64,000 nt of DNA, from positions 25,875-89,874 of the forward strand of contig DATATI010000034.1 in NCBI GenBank assembly GCA_036268875.1. Reading direction: 5' to 3'. Origin of the DNA: Polyangia bacterium. GTDB taxonomy: Bacteria > Myxococcota_A > Polyangia > Fen-1088. Below are positions 53,627-64,000 of this stretch, one piece after another. Numbering within the stretch: the first letter of the stretch is position 1; each line of letters starts with the position of its first letter. Under the pieces are notes generated by a model. That model ran no database searches. It saw nothing but the letters and a program-made list of their open reading frames with translations, and was not told the origin of the DNA. The position numbers and the translations under genes are program-made.

Positions 53627-54358
53627 ATGGACTTCACACTGGTTGGTCTGTGGCAAGAGATGGGCCCCACTGCGAAAACGGTGGTGATCATCTTGTTGAT
53701 CATGTCGATGTACGCGCTGGGAATCACCGTCGAGCGGCTGATGACGTTCCGGCGCGGCAAGGCCCAGTCCCAGCGCTACATCGCCACGCTGGCCCCGCTG
53801 GTGGGCGCCACCGGCCGTCTGCGCGAGGCCCTGGGCCTGGAGCAAAAATTCCCCGGCAGCCCGGTGGCGCGGGTGATCGGCTCCGGCGTGAAGGAATACG
53901 TCCGCGCCACCGAGGCCGTGCAGCGCCAGCGCCGCGCCCCTGGTCAACCCACCGGCGGCTTCGACATCCCGGAGGCCGTCAACCGCACCATGGAGCGCGT
54001 GAAGGAACGCGAGCTGGCCGGCCTGCGCCGCGGGTTGCCGGTGCTGGCCACGGTGGCCTCGTCGGCGCCGTTCGTCGGCCTGTTCGGCACCGTCGGCGGC
54101 ATCATCACGGCATTTCAAAAACTCGCCGATCCCACCCGCGGCGGCGGCGGCATCGGGTCGGTGTCGGCCGGCATCGCCGAAGCCTTGATCACCACCGCGG
54201 TGGGCCTGGCGGTGGCCATCATCGCGGTCTGGTTCTACAATTTTTTTACAAACAAGGTCGACGACCTGACGTTGGACATTGACGAGACCGCCTCCGAGCT
54301 CTGCGACAGCATCATCCGCGAGACCGATGGCATCATCGCGGAGGCCGCGGCGGGATGA
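53627..54358 (+). CDS. MotA/TolQ/ExbB proton-channel protein
   Basis: 3 TM, conserved C-terminal TolQ/ExbB motif (PFVGLFGTVGGIITAF...SAGIAEALITTAVGL). Confidence 0.85.
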   Translation: MDFTLVGLWQEMGPTAKTVVIILLIMSMYALGITVERLMTFRRGKAQSQRYIATLAPLVGATGRLREALGLEQKFPGSPVARVIGSGVKEYVRATEAVQRQRRAPGQPTGGFDIPEAVNRTMERVKERELAGLRRGLPVLATVASSAPFVGLFGTVGGIITAFQKLADPTRGGGGIGSVSAGIAEALITTAVGLAVAIIAVWFYNFFTNKVDDLTLDIDETASELCDSIIRETDGIIAEAAAG

Positions 54359-54846
54359 ACGCCGGCCCCGCCAACGGCCGCCCGTCGCGCCGGCGCCGCC
54401 TGACCACCAAACGTCACCCCAAAGGCCAGGTGCGCGCCGACATCAACGTCACGCCGCTGGTCGACGTGGTGCTGGTCCTTCTGATCATCTTCATGGTGGT
54501 GACGCCGATGATCGGCCGCGGGATCAGCGTGCAGCTGCCCATCACCACCAATCACGACAAGAAGAACGACGACAACAAGGACATCATCGTGTCCATCAGC
54601 CAGGCCGGCGAGGTGTTCGTCAACGCCGACAAGGTCCCCGCCGATCACCTCACCGCCGCCATCGAAGCCGAGCGCCGCCGCGCCCCCGACAAGGGTATTT
54701 TTCTCAAAGCCGACCACCGTATCGACTACGGCCAGGCCCGCGAGGCGATGGAAGCCATCCACCGCGCCGGCGTGGAGGACGTGCAGCTTGGCACCGACGA
54801 AAAACATGAGGCCGCCGCCGGCGCGGCCGCCGCGGGAGGCGGCTAG
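54355..54846 (+). CDS. ExbD/TolR biopolymer transport protein
   Basis: INVTPLVDVVLVLLIIFMV signature; 4-nt overlap with exbB. Confidence 0.85.
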   Translation: MNAGPANGRPSRRRRLTTKRHPKGQVRADINVTPLVDVVLVLLIIFMVVTPMIGRGISVQLPITTNHDKKNDDNKDIIVSISQAGEVFVNADKVPADHLTAAIEAERRRAPDKGIFLKADHRIDYGQAREAMEAIHRAGVEDVQLGTDEKHEAAAGAAAAGGG

Positions 54847-54851
54847 TCGCC

Positions 54852-55271
54852 ATGGCTTTCGCCGTCGGAGGCGGGCGCAAGGGCGCGCCGCGGGGGGAAA
54901 TCAACGTCACCCCGCTCATCGACATCGTGCTGGTGTTGCTGATCATCTTCATGGTGATGACGCCCGTGATGTTGAAAGAGATCGTGGCCAAGGTGCCCGA
55001 AAAGCAGACCGAACTGACCCCGCAGCCACCCGGCGAAAACCCCATCGTGGTCGAGCTGTCGTCCAGCGACGCTCTGACCTTGAACAGCGAGCCGGTCTCG
55101 CCCGATGATCTGCCGGTGAAGATCGCCGAGCGCCTGCAGCACGATCGCCAGAAGGTGGTCTTTTTCCGCATCGACGACCACGCCAACTATGGCCGCGCCG
55201 TGCGCATCATGGACATCTGCAAAGGCGTCGGCGCCAAGACTCTGGGCATCGTCACCAAAAGCGACAAATAA
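54852..55271 (+). CDS. ExbD/TolR biopolymer transport protein (second paralog)
   Basis: INVTPLIDIVLVLLIIFMV signature. Confidence 0.85.
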   Translation: MAFAVGGGRKGAPRGEINVTPLIDIVLVLLIIFMVMTPVMLKEIVAKVPEKQTELTPQPPGENPIVVELSSSDALTLNSEPVSPDDLPVKIAERLQHDRQKVVFFRIDDHANYGRAVRIMDICKGVGAKTLGIVTKSDK

Positions 55272-55655
55272 AGCTGCCGTGGCGTCGCCGGCCGTCGCTG
55301 CTGCGCGCGCTGGACGCCCTGCTCGCCCAGCGCGGCTGCAACCGGTCCGAGCTGCTGGGGCGACCTGGCCCGCGCCGGGGTGGGCCGCGCCCGCGCTGCC
55401 AAGGGCGCCGAGGCGGTGGCGGCGTTCACCTTGGTCTAGGACCACCACGCCCGCAATCTCAGCGAAAACCTGACCGAGCTGCAACACCAGCTGGGCGACG
55501 GCGTGCGCGCCACCCCGCAGGTCCACCTGACTCACGACCAGTGCCTGGAGGTCATCGTCCTCAAAGGCCGCGCCGATCACCTGCGCGAACGCGCGGCTGA
55601 AAATTTCGTCGCAAAAAATGTGACCGGGCGAATTTACGGATCGCCGGTTCACTGA
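55272..55655 (+). pseudogene. nikR-like (nickel-responsive ribbon-helix-helix regulator) gene remnant: no start codon, +1 frameshift in a G-run and in-frame TAG
   Basis: Frame A: SLLRALDALLAQRGCNRSELL; frame B after shift: GDLARAGV...AAFTLV*DHHARNLSENLTELQHQLGDGVRATPQVHLTHDQCLEVIVLKGRADHLRERAAENFVA; alignable to E. coli NikR ([25 protein letters not shown]...HVHINHDDCLEIAVLKG); no intact ORF on track. Confidence 0.5.
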
Positions 55656-55725
55656 TACGATGCCGCGCGACGAGACCTGCGTCTGCTGACAACTAGTCGA
55701 CGTCACTTATGCAAAGGAGCGACGA

Positions 55726-56796
55726 ATGAAGCGGCTGTTACCGTGGCTGATGGGCGTCGGTTTGTTCGGCGCCGGCTGCTCGCCGAAGAACGATGTGCAA
55801 CCCGGCGCGCCGGTTTTGACCCTGATGACCATCGTCGAAAGCGGCGGCATCACCGACATCACGGGCAAGGAACCGGACTGCGGCGGCGGTGCCCAGGACA
55901 GCGCCATGTGCGATCCGATGGCGGACAGCTTGTGTCGGTCCGCCGGCAGCTGGTGCCGCTGCTTGCCCACCGATCCGATGGACATGACCAAGCCGTCGAA
56001 CTGGAGCTGTCTGTTCGAACCGACGTCCATGGTGATCGCCACCTTCGATCGCCTGCTCGACACCGGCCCGCTGGATTACGACACGACCGATCCGACAAAG
56101 CCGCAGGGGGTGCTGGATGTGGCGTCGTTCACGGCCACCGTCGGTACGGCGCCGAGCGCGCTGGCGGAATACGTGTCGAGCGGATCGGAGACGGGTCTCA
56201 TCTTCAAGCTGCTCTCAAACGTCATTCATGGCCCGCGGCTGATCATCGCCGGCACGCCGGCCCTGCCGTCCGGTTCAGGGCTGACCTTGAGCCTGGACAA
56301 GACCAAGATCCGCGCCAAGGACCACACCAGTTTCTTCGTCAGCAGCGGCGCCATCCAGGACGGCGTCCTGACCTTCGCCACCGCGCCCCTGTCCGTCGGC
56401 ATCGACGTGCCGCTGGCGCCGCCGACGGATGCCGCCACCACTGGTGACGTTGACGCCGGCGCCAGCGACGCGGAGATGGACGCGGCCGGCGATGCGCCGC
56501 CGGTGATCTTGCCGACCCCGGTGATGGCAGCCATGCAACCGGTGACCATCACCTTCAACAACGTGACTGATCCCACTCAGATCATGAGCGCGGTGTCCGT
56601 GACGGTGTCCGGCGTGGCCTTCACCAAGTTCGACCTCACGGCGTCGGACATGAACCCGCTGGCCTACGTGCTGACGCCCACCGACGCCTGGCCGGCCGGC
56701 TCGGTCATTGTCGTCACCGTCTCTGCCGACGCTGCCGACGTGCAGGGCGTGCCTCTGGGCGCGGCGGCCACGGCCGTCTTCGCGACGGAGCCATAA
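55726..56796 (+). CDS. lipoprotein, function unknown
   Basis: Signal + lipobox LFGAGCSP; strong RBS AAAGGAG. Confidence 0.55.
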   Translation: MKRLLPWLMGVGLFGAGCSPKNDVQPGAPVLTLMTIVESGGITDITGKEPDCGGGAQDSAMCDPMADSLCRSAGSWCRCLPTDPMDMTKPSNWSCLFEPTSMVIATFDRLLDTGPLDYDTTDPTKPQGVLDVASFTATVGTAPSALAEYVSSGSETGLIFKLLSNVIHGPRLIIAGTPALPSGSGLTLSLDKTKIRAKDHTSFFVSSGAIQDGVLTFATAPLSVGIDVPLAPPTDAATTGDVDAGASDAEMDAAGDAPPVILPTPVMAAMQPVTITFNNVTDPTQIMSAVSVTVSGVAFTKFDLTASDMNPLAYVLTPTDAWPAGSVIVVTVSADAADVQGVPLGAAATAVFATEP

Positions 56797-56850
56797 GCGA
56801 TGGCCACCCAATTGTCTCCCCAAATGGCGCAGCAGCGAAAGGAAGGCCTG

Positions 56851-59800
56851 ATGAACCGGATTCGCGTTGGTGCAACCGCCGCCGGGTGCGCGCTGGCCAT
56901 CTTGCTGGGCGCCTCTGTCGTCGAAGCCCAGGAAGTCACCGGCAAGGTGGTCGGCCATGTCGCCGACAAAGACACGGGGGCCGCCTTGGGCGGCGTCACC
57001 GTCATCGTGCAAGGCCCACAAGGCGAAGACGCCGCCATCACCGACGAGCAAGGCGACTATGCCTTCTCGGGCCTGAAGATCGGTCGCTACGTGGTGCGCT
57101 TCTACCTGGCCAACACCGCGACCCAGGTCGAGCAGCCCGACGTGGAGGTGCAGGCTGCAAAGACGGTCCGGGTGAACGCGCACATCGCCGGTTCGGCCCA
57201 GGCCGCCAACGCCGAGACCACCGTCATCAAGGCCCGCGCCCCCATCGTCGACGTCGGCAGCGCGCGCGTGGGCGCGACGTTCGACGACGAATTCAACCAC
57301 AACGTCCCGGTACCGCTGACCTTCGGCGAACTGATCGAGAAAGCGCCGGGGGCGTTCATCGATCCGTCGGGCAGCGTCTCCATCGGCGGCGCCACCGGCC
57401 TCGAGAACATCTATCTGGTCAACGGCCTCAACGTCACCGGCACGGAGTTCGGCAACCTGGACATGGGTGGCGGCACGCTGAGCGGCGGCACCAACCTGCC
57501 GCTCGAGTTTCTCACCCAGGTGGACGTCAACAGCGGCGGCTACCAGGCCGAGTTCGGCGGCGCCATGGGTGGCGTCATCAACACCGTCCTCAAGTCGGGC
57601 ACCAATGAATGGCACGCCTCGGTATTCGGCTACGATGCACCGTACTGGCTTTCGGGGAAGCCCGCCGTCATCAAGCCGGTGAACGGCGCGCCTGGCGCGC
57701 CCGTGGCCAACGTCCTCGGCTCCAGCGGCCACCTGCTGGACTTCGACAGTCAGGTCGGCTTCGAGGTGGGGGGGCCCCTGGTCAAGAACAAGCTGTTCTT
57801 GTGGGCCGGCTTCGCGCCGCGCATCACCGACACTCACGTTTTCCGTGAGCTTTACCCGTTGACCGATCCCAACACCGTCGGGCCCGAAGCCACCAACGAC
57901 CGCCGGCGCCTCAACGAGACCCATCGTTCATACAACTACGCCGCCACGCTGGACTGGAACGCGGCGCCCGAGCACCACCTGAACCTGGCGCTGTGGGGCA
58001 CACCCAGCTTCAACACGCAGCTCCGTTCGTTCAACAGCGATCAAATCAATTCGGACCCGTCGTGGGCGCTCGAGCAGCAGAACAAGGTCAACACCGACGT
58101 GATGGCGCACTGGACATCGCGCTTCTTTGATCGCCACTGGCTGCTCGAGGTCAATGCCGGCCTGCACAGCGAGTCGTACAGCGACAAGTCGCCGAACGAC
58201 GCCCTGAACAAAAACCTCAACCAGCTCGAGTATTGGGGCGCGAACCTTTATGACCTCGAAGGGGTCGCGGCGTGCGCCCCGGTCACCACCACCGCCGCCG
58301 ACGGAACGCAGTCGACCTTCCAGCCGTGTCCCGCCAACAACTACCACCGCGGTGGCTTCGGTCAGGTCAAGGACTTCACCGCCGAACGCTCGCAGGTCGA
58401 GATCAAGTCGACGAACATCTTCTACGCCGCCGGCCACGCCGAGCTGAAATACGGCTGGCGTCTCGAGTACACGCACTTCGATCAGGATCGCTATTACTCC
58501 GGGCCGCTCGGCTCGCGCGGCCTGGTGCAACTGGCGCCGACTGGCGGCCAGCCTTTCGGCGCGCCTGATCCGTATTTCACGCACCAGATCTTCTTCAGCA
58601 TTCCCGTTGGGCAAGACCCTTCTCAGTTCGGCCCGACGGGCAGGCCGTTCAGCGACCTCTTGCAAGATCCGTATTACCAGGACCACCTGCGCGCGGTGGT
58701 CAGCAGTCTTTCGAACGCGCTGTTCGCGCAGGGGACCTGGACGCCGGAGGCGCTCAAGAACCTGACCGTCAACGCTGGCCTTCGCTACGAGATGCAGCGA
58801 ATGTACGACTATCACGGGGCGTCGTTCCTCGACGCCGGCAACCTCGGCCCGCGCGTGAGCGTGATCTTCGATCCCTTCAACGATGGGCGGTCGAAGCTCT
58901 CGGCGTCTTACGGCAAGTACTACGAGAGCATTCCGATGAACATGGCCGCCCGCTATTTCGGCGGCGAAGGCATCTTGGTCCGCAACAACGTCCCCTACAG
59001 CAACTGCCCCGGCAACACCACGAGCCCGTACAACTGGACCGGCGCCGGTGAATGGCGCGCCTGCGGCACGCCGCCGACGGGAGTCCTGGACAACCCGCAG
59101 ATCGTCAGCAACACGTTCAACAACGGCAGCACCTATCCCGTGCAGTCACACCTGCAAGGGCAGTCGCACGAGGAGATCGTCGCCACCTTCGAGCGCCAGT
59201 TGATGGATGATCTGTCGGTGCGCCTCGACTATCAGCACCGCTGGCTGGACAACATCATCGAGGATGGCACCGCCGATCCGAGCGGCAGCTTCGTCTTCGT
59301 GCTCGCCAACCCGGGCAACGTGCCGGCGGCCGCGCTGACCGACGCCCAGAACGACGTCAACAAGCTGACCACCGCCGCGACGGCCAACCCGAACGACGCC
59401 ATTGTCGCCGCGAACTTGGGCGCCGCCCAATCGAAGCTGGCCAACTTGCAGGGCCTGGCCAAGGCGCCCAAACCCCAGCGCACGTACGACGCCCTGACGC
59501 TGACCGTGAACAAGCGCTTCGGCCAGAACTGGCGCGCGCGCGCTTCGTACACCTACTCGCGCCTGGTCGGCAACTACGACGGCCTCTACGAAGCGGAAGG
59601 CGATTACTTCGCCCCCAACGGCAACAATGCCTATGACACGCCCGATCTTTACCTGAACCAGCACGGCCGCCTGCCCAACGATCACCCGCACCAGGGGCGC
59701 GTCGACGGCTATTACACGGTCCCGTTCGCCTCCAGCAGCCTCACGTTCGGCCTGGGATTCGTCGCCCGCTCGGGCATGCCACGCAACTATCTGTCGCAGT

Positions 59801-60153
59801 GGTACTTCGGCCAGCTGCCGAACAACATGTTGCTGCCGCGCGGTTCGGGCGGCCGCACGCCGACGGAGACGCAGTTCGATCTGCACGTCGCCTACGCGCT
59901 GCGGGCCTCGCGCACCACGAAGCTGGAGGCGTTCCTCGACGTGTTCAACCTCTTCGATCAGAAGACGGTGCTGCAGACTGACGACGTGTACACGAACGAT
60001 GTTGCCCCATCGATCGTCAACGGCAGCACGAACGATCTCAAGTTCGCCAAGAACCTCTTCGGCCAGCCGCTGACCAGGAACCCCAACTATGGCAACGCGG
60101 TCGCCTATCAGGCGCCGATCAGCACGCGCCTCGGCCTGCGCCTTTCCTTCTAG
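56851..60153 (+). CDS. giant TonB-dependent outer-membrane receptor with N-terminal carboxypeptidase-regulatory-like domain (myxobacterial Oar-like)
   Basis: Signal peptide MNRIRVGATAAGCALAILLGASVVEAQE; CarbopepD_reg-like (TGKVVGHVADKDTGAALGGVTVIV...QGDYAFSGL), plug and beta-barrel, C-terminal TRLGLRLSF terminal-Phe motif; 1100 aa. Confidence 0.8.
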   Translation: MNRIRVGATAAGCALAILLGASVVEAQEVTGKVVGHVADKDTGAALGGVTVIVQGPQGEDAAITDEQGDYAFSGLKIGRYVVRFYLANTATQVEQPDVEVQAAKTVRVNAHIAGSAQAANAETTVIKARAPIVDVGSARVGATFDDEFNHNVPVPLTFGELIEKAPGAFIDPSGSVSIGGATGLENIYLVNGLNVTGTEFGNLDMGGGTLSGGTNLPLEFLTQVDVNSGGYQAEFGGAMGGVINTVLKSGTNEWHASVFGYDAPYWLSGKPAVIKPVNGAPGAPVANVLGSSGHLLDFDSQVGFEVGGPLVKNKLFLWAGFAPRITDTHVFRELYPLTDPNTVGPEATNDRRRLNETHRSYNYAATLDWNAAPEHHLNLALWGTPSFNTQLRSFNSDQINSDPSWALEQQNKVNTDVMAHWTSRFFDRHWLLEVNAGLHSESYSDKSPNDALNKNLNQLEYWGANLYDLEGVAACAPVTTTAADGTQSTFQPCPANNYHRGGFGQVKDFTAERSQVEIKSTNIFYAAGHAELKYGWRLEYTHFDQDRYYSGPLGSRGLVQLAPTGGQPFGAPDPYFTHQIFFSIPVGQDPSQFGPTGRPFSDLLQDPYYQDHLRAVVSSLSNALFAQGTWTPEALKNLTVNAGLRYEMQRMYDYHGASFLDAGNLGPRVSVIFDPFNDGRSKLSASYGKYYESIPMNMAARYFGGEGILVRNNVPYSNCPGNTTSPYNWTGAGEWRACGTPPTGVLDNPQIVSNTFNNGSTYPVQSHLQGQSHEEIVATFERQLMDDLSVRLDYQHRWLDNIIEDGTADPSGSFVFVLANPGNVPAAALTDAQNDVNKLTTAATANPNDAIVAANLGAAQSKLANLQGLAKAPKPQRTYDALTLTVNKRFGQNWRARASYTYSRLVGNYDGLYEAEGDYFAPNGNNAYDTPDLYLNQHGRLPNDHPHQGRVDGYYTVPFASSSLTFGLGFVARSGMPRNYLSQWYFGQLPNNMLLPRGSGGRTPTETQFDLHVAYALRASRTTKLEAFLDVFNLFDQKTVLQTDDVYTNDVAPSIVNGSTNDLKFAKNLFGQPLTRNPNYGNAVAYQAPISTRLGLRLSF

Positions 60154-60353
60154 CCCAGCGATGGCCACGAGCGCGCCGATGGTCTAAAGTGCAGCCGGTC
60201 GTATCGATGGAACCTACCTTCGGCCAAGCCACCCCTTCCCAGGCGCGGTTCCGTACGCGCCTCGGCTTCCGTCTCAGCTTCTAATCGTCGTACCGCTCAC
60301 GCCCCGCCGCCAGAACGACCGAAAACCAAATCAGCGACGGCCGAAGTCAGGAC

Positions 60354-60388
60354 GCGGCGACCGAAATTTGGTCGCCGCGTTTTTTTTG
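60354..60388 (+). terminator. intrinsic terminator
   Basis: GCGGCGACC-gaaattt-GGTCGCCGC followed by T8. Confidence 0.7.
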
Positions 60389-60440
60389 TCCGCGGCGATC
60401 CGTGCAGGATTCGTGATCGACGACTGGCATCGCGCTCGCA

Positions 60441-61970
60441 GTGTTGGGCGGCATGCTCGCTCGCGTGTCGTCCGCCGCCGTCCTGGGAATTCAGGCGGCG
60501 CCCATCGATGTCGAAGTTGATGTCGCCGTCGGGTTGCCCGGCTGCCAGATCGTCGGCATGCCCGACGCCGGCGTCAAAGAAGGCCGCCTGCGCATCCGCG
60601 GCGCGCTGGAAAACAGCGGGTACAAGCTGCCGCCGCGCCGGATCACGGTCAACCTGGCGCCCGCCGATCTGAAGAAGGACGGCGCCGCCTTCGACGTGCC
60701 GATCGCCGTCGGCATGCTGTGCGCGGCGGGCGTGGTGGAACCGACGGCGCTGGCGGACACCACCTTCGTCGGCGAGCTGGCCCTGGACGGCAGCATCCGA
60801 CCGGTGCGCGGCGCCCTGCCGATCGCCGCCTGGGCGCGCTCGGCCGGCATGCGACACCTCTTCGTCCCGCGCGGTAACGCCGAAGAGGCGGCCGTCGTCA
60901 CCGGCGACTGCCGCCTGCACGCGGTGGCGCACCTCACCGAAGTGGTGGCGGCGCTGCGAGGCGAAGCCCCTCCCGACGGCGCCAACGCCGGCGCCTCGTC
61001 GCCATCGCAGATGCCGCTGCCGGCGCGCACGCTGGATCTGGCCGACGTGCGCGGCCAAGAAGTCGCCCGCCGAGCGATGGAGCTGGCGGCGGCGGGCGGA
61101 CACAACCTGCTGTTCGTCGGCCCGCCCGGATCGGGAAAGACGATGCTGGCGCAATGCCTGCCCGGGATCTTGCCGGCGCCGTCATTCGACGAAGCGTTGG
61201 AGACCACCATGGCCTATTCCGTGGCCGGGTTACTCGATGGGCGAGCGCTGCTCACCAACCGACCATTTCGCGCTCCGCACCACACCGTCACCACCGCCGG
61301 GCTGGTGGGCGGCGGGCCGGCGGTTCGTCCCGGCGAGATCACCCTGGCCCACAACGGCGTCCTGTTTCTCGACGAGCTGCTCGAATTCGGTCGGCCCGTG
61401 CTGGAAGCGCTTCGGCAACCGCTGGAGGATCGCTGTGTGGCGCTGGTCCGCGCCCGCCGCACCATCAGTTACCCGGCCGATTTCATGCTGGTGGCGGCGC
61501 TGAATCCCTGCCCGTGTGGCCACCACGGCAGCACGCAACGCACGTGCACCTGTTCGCTGGCCGGGATCGCCGCCTATCGCTCGCGGCTGTCCGGGCCGTT
61601 GCTGGATCGCATCGACATGCACGTCGACGTGCCGGCGCAATCGTACCGGCAACTGGCGGGTGGCGATCCAGGCGAGACCAGCGCCGCCGTCCGCCAGCGC
61701 GTCGAGGAGGCGCGCCAGCGCCAACACGCCCGCGGCCCGCGCTGCAACGCTCGCCTGACCAGCGTCGAACTGGAGACGATGGTCCCGCTGGACAGCGACG
61801 GCCACGCGCTGCTGGAACGCGCCGTCGATCGCCTGACCCTCTCGGCGCGCGCCATCAGCCGCATCCGCCGCGTGGCCCGCACCATCGCCGATCTGGCCCG
61901 CGCCCCGCACGTGCGCGCCGGCCACCTCGCCGAAGCCTTGCAGTACCGAACCTTGGACCTCAGCACCTAA
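60441..61970 (+). CDS. YifB/ComM family Mg-chelatase-like AAA+ ATPase
   Basis: N-terminal Lon-like domain, Walker [12 protein letters not shown]-like core, C-terminal domain; 509 aa. Confidence 0.85.
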   Translation: MLGGMLARVSSAAVLGIQAAPIDVEVDVAVGLPGCQIVGMPDAGVKEGRLRIRGALENSGYKLPPRRITVNLAPADLKKDGAAFDVPIAVGMLCAAGVVEPTALADTTFVGELALDGSIRPVRGALPIAAWARSAGMRHLFVPRGNAEEAAVVTGDCRLHAVAHLTEVVAALRGEAPPDGANAGASSPSQMPLPARTLDLADVRGQEVARRAMELAAAGGHNLLFVGPPGSGKTMLAQCLPGILPAPSFDEALETTMAYSVAGLLDGRALLTNRPFRAPHHTVTTAGLVGGGPAVRPGEITLAHNGVLFLDELLEFGRPVLEALRQPLEDRCVALVRARRTISYPADFMLVAALNPCPCGHHGSTQRTCTCSLAGIAAYRSRLSGPLLDRIDMHVDVPAQSYRQLAGGDPGETSAAVRQRVEEARQRQHARGPRCNARLTSVELETMVPLDSDGHALLERAVDRLTLSARAISRIRRVARTIADLARAPHVRAGHLAEALQYRTLDLST

Positions 61971-62013
61971 ACCCAAAACCGATCACCACCCAACGCCCGA
62001 AGGAGCCGTCACC

Positions 62014-63060
<1,047 letters not shown>

Positions 63061-63075
63061 AAAGCGCGGCGGCGC

Positions 63076-63109
63076 GACGCGAACCCGTCAGATCGATCGG
63101 GTTCGCGTC
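63076..63109. terminator. GC-rich stem-loop (12-bp stem) between convergent recA and lipoprotein genes; no U-tract
   Basis: GACGCGAACCCG-tcagatcgat-CGGGTTCGCGTC. Confidence 0.35.
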
Positions 63110-63135
63110 CGCGCGCCGCTCAGGCCGGACGCGCG

Positions 63136-63984
63136 TTACGGGGCGGGCGCGACTGACGTGGTGGTGAGGTAGAAGAACTGGCCGGCGTAGGGCTGGGTTA
63201 TGCCAGGAACCCCGGGGCACGTGAAGTTGTGGCCCTTCAGGAGCGGCGTGTACATGTCCGTGCCTTCGCTGGCGGTTGAAAACGTGATGCTGGCGCCGCC
63301 CTGGATCTTCACGTCAGCGTCGTAGTCGATCATGAAGATGTCGTCCTTCAAGTCGCGGTTGTTGACGAAGTACGAGTGCGCCGGCGCCGAGACCTTCATC
63401 TGATAAATGGGGTACGTCGGATTGAAGCCGCTGGTGGCGGCGGCACCGTCGGTGCAGAAGTACGTGGCCTGGTTGGCGGTGCAGCCGGTGTACGGACGGC
63501 CTTCCACGGCCCCGCACACGTGCATCTTGACGTCATAAATGACGGCCGGATCGCCGCCGAACTGAATGGTGACGGTTTTTGCCTGGGCCTCGGGTGTGCC
63601 CTGACAGTCACCAGCTTGCGGCGGGGTGTTGCACGGAACATTGAACAGGAAACCGCTGAGCGCGGCGCCCGCGCCACCGGCGTCGCCGGAACCAGCCGTG
63701 TCTTTGGTGTCGGCAGCGGCATCGACGGAGCCGGCGTCGTCGACAACGGCCGCGCCGCCCGAGCCGGCGACCGGGGCGCCGCCGCTGCCGCTGCTTGCAC
63801 CGCCGGAGCCATTCGTCCCGCCCGTCGGCCCCGTCGTTCCGCCGCTGCCGCCCGAACCACCACTCTGACCGCCACTGCCCGAGCCGCCACTACCGCCAGA
63901 GCCACCGCCACCCGAAGATCCTGAACAGGCAGCGACCGCCGCCATCGCCAACACCCCAGTGGCCATCAAACCAAGAGCTCGCAC
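63136..63984 (-). CDS. Gly/Ser-rich secreted lipoprotein, function unknown
   Basis: Signal + lipobox (AAVAACSGS), (GGSG)n linker, Cys-containing C-terminal domain. Confidence 0.5.
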   Translation of the reverse strand: MRALGLMATGVLAMAAVAACSGSSGGGGSGGSGGSGSGGQSGGSGGSGGTTGPTGGTNGSGGASSGSGGAPVAGSGGAAVVDDAGSVDAAADTKDTAGSGDAGGAGAALSGFLFNVPCNTPPQAGDCQGTPEAQAKTVTIQFGGDPAVIYDVKMHVCGAVEGRPYTGCTANQATYFCTDGAAATSGFNPTYPIYQMKVSAPAHSYFVNNRDLKDDIFMIDYDADVKIQGGASITFSTASEGTDMYTPLLKGHNFTCPGVPGITQPYAGQFFYLTTTSVAPAP

Positions 63985-64000
63985 GTGTCGTTAACGGAGA

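Noticed and set aside
56275-57924. 549-aa minus-strand ORF and 59146-60168 340-aa minus-strand ORF
   Set aside because: Antisense to the lipoprotein and TonB-dependent receptor genes.

Overview
This is a high-GC (about 70%) bacterial chromosomal window. Its gene content points to a myxobacterium: a MYXO-CTERM-like sorting tail, an Oar-like giant TonB-dependent receptor, two sigma-54 enhancer-binding proteins, ECF sigma/anti-sigma pairs and many Gly/Ser-rich lipoproteins. Coding density is high. The housekeeping genes I recognise are trxA, a PolX-family polymerase, ssb, a CBS plus cystathionine gamma-lyase pair, hisB-H-A-F-IE joined to a DinG-like helicase and plsY, kefG-kefC, folK, a UDP-xylose synthase, comM/yifB and recA. 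Many long antisense ORFs in the six-frame track are high-GC artefacts and are rejected. The most interesting locus is a compact minus-strand RiPP-like cassette at 21573-23702. It has a Sec-signal, six-Cys precursor peptide whose core carries repeated CxGxN(A/G)CKGKG motifs, then a DUF692 MNIO (multinuclear non-heme iron oxidase), then a DUF2063 partner. This is the architecture of the recently described bufferin (Cys-to-thiooxazole copper-binding peptide) family. A stable hairpin and a 22-bp tandem direct repeat lie between the precursor and enzyme genes, and an ECF-like promoter candidate lies upstream. Other notable items are a decayed nikR-like pseudogene in the 454-bp spacer of a TPR-TonB-ExbB-ExbD-ExbD-lipoprotein-Oar-like receptor cluster, a vestigial duplicate of the receptor gene 3' end before a clean intrinsic terminator, and two lipoproteins with short tandem peptide repeats. 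CDS boundaries follow the supplied ORF track, which appears to show GTG/TTG starts as M. Internal starts were set by codon offset from track starts. In a few places my hand-indexing of the printed sequence differed by 1 nt from the track, so coordinates of small non-CDS elements are approximate (about +/-2 nt). No rRNA, tRNA, CRISPR array or transposase was seen.
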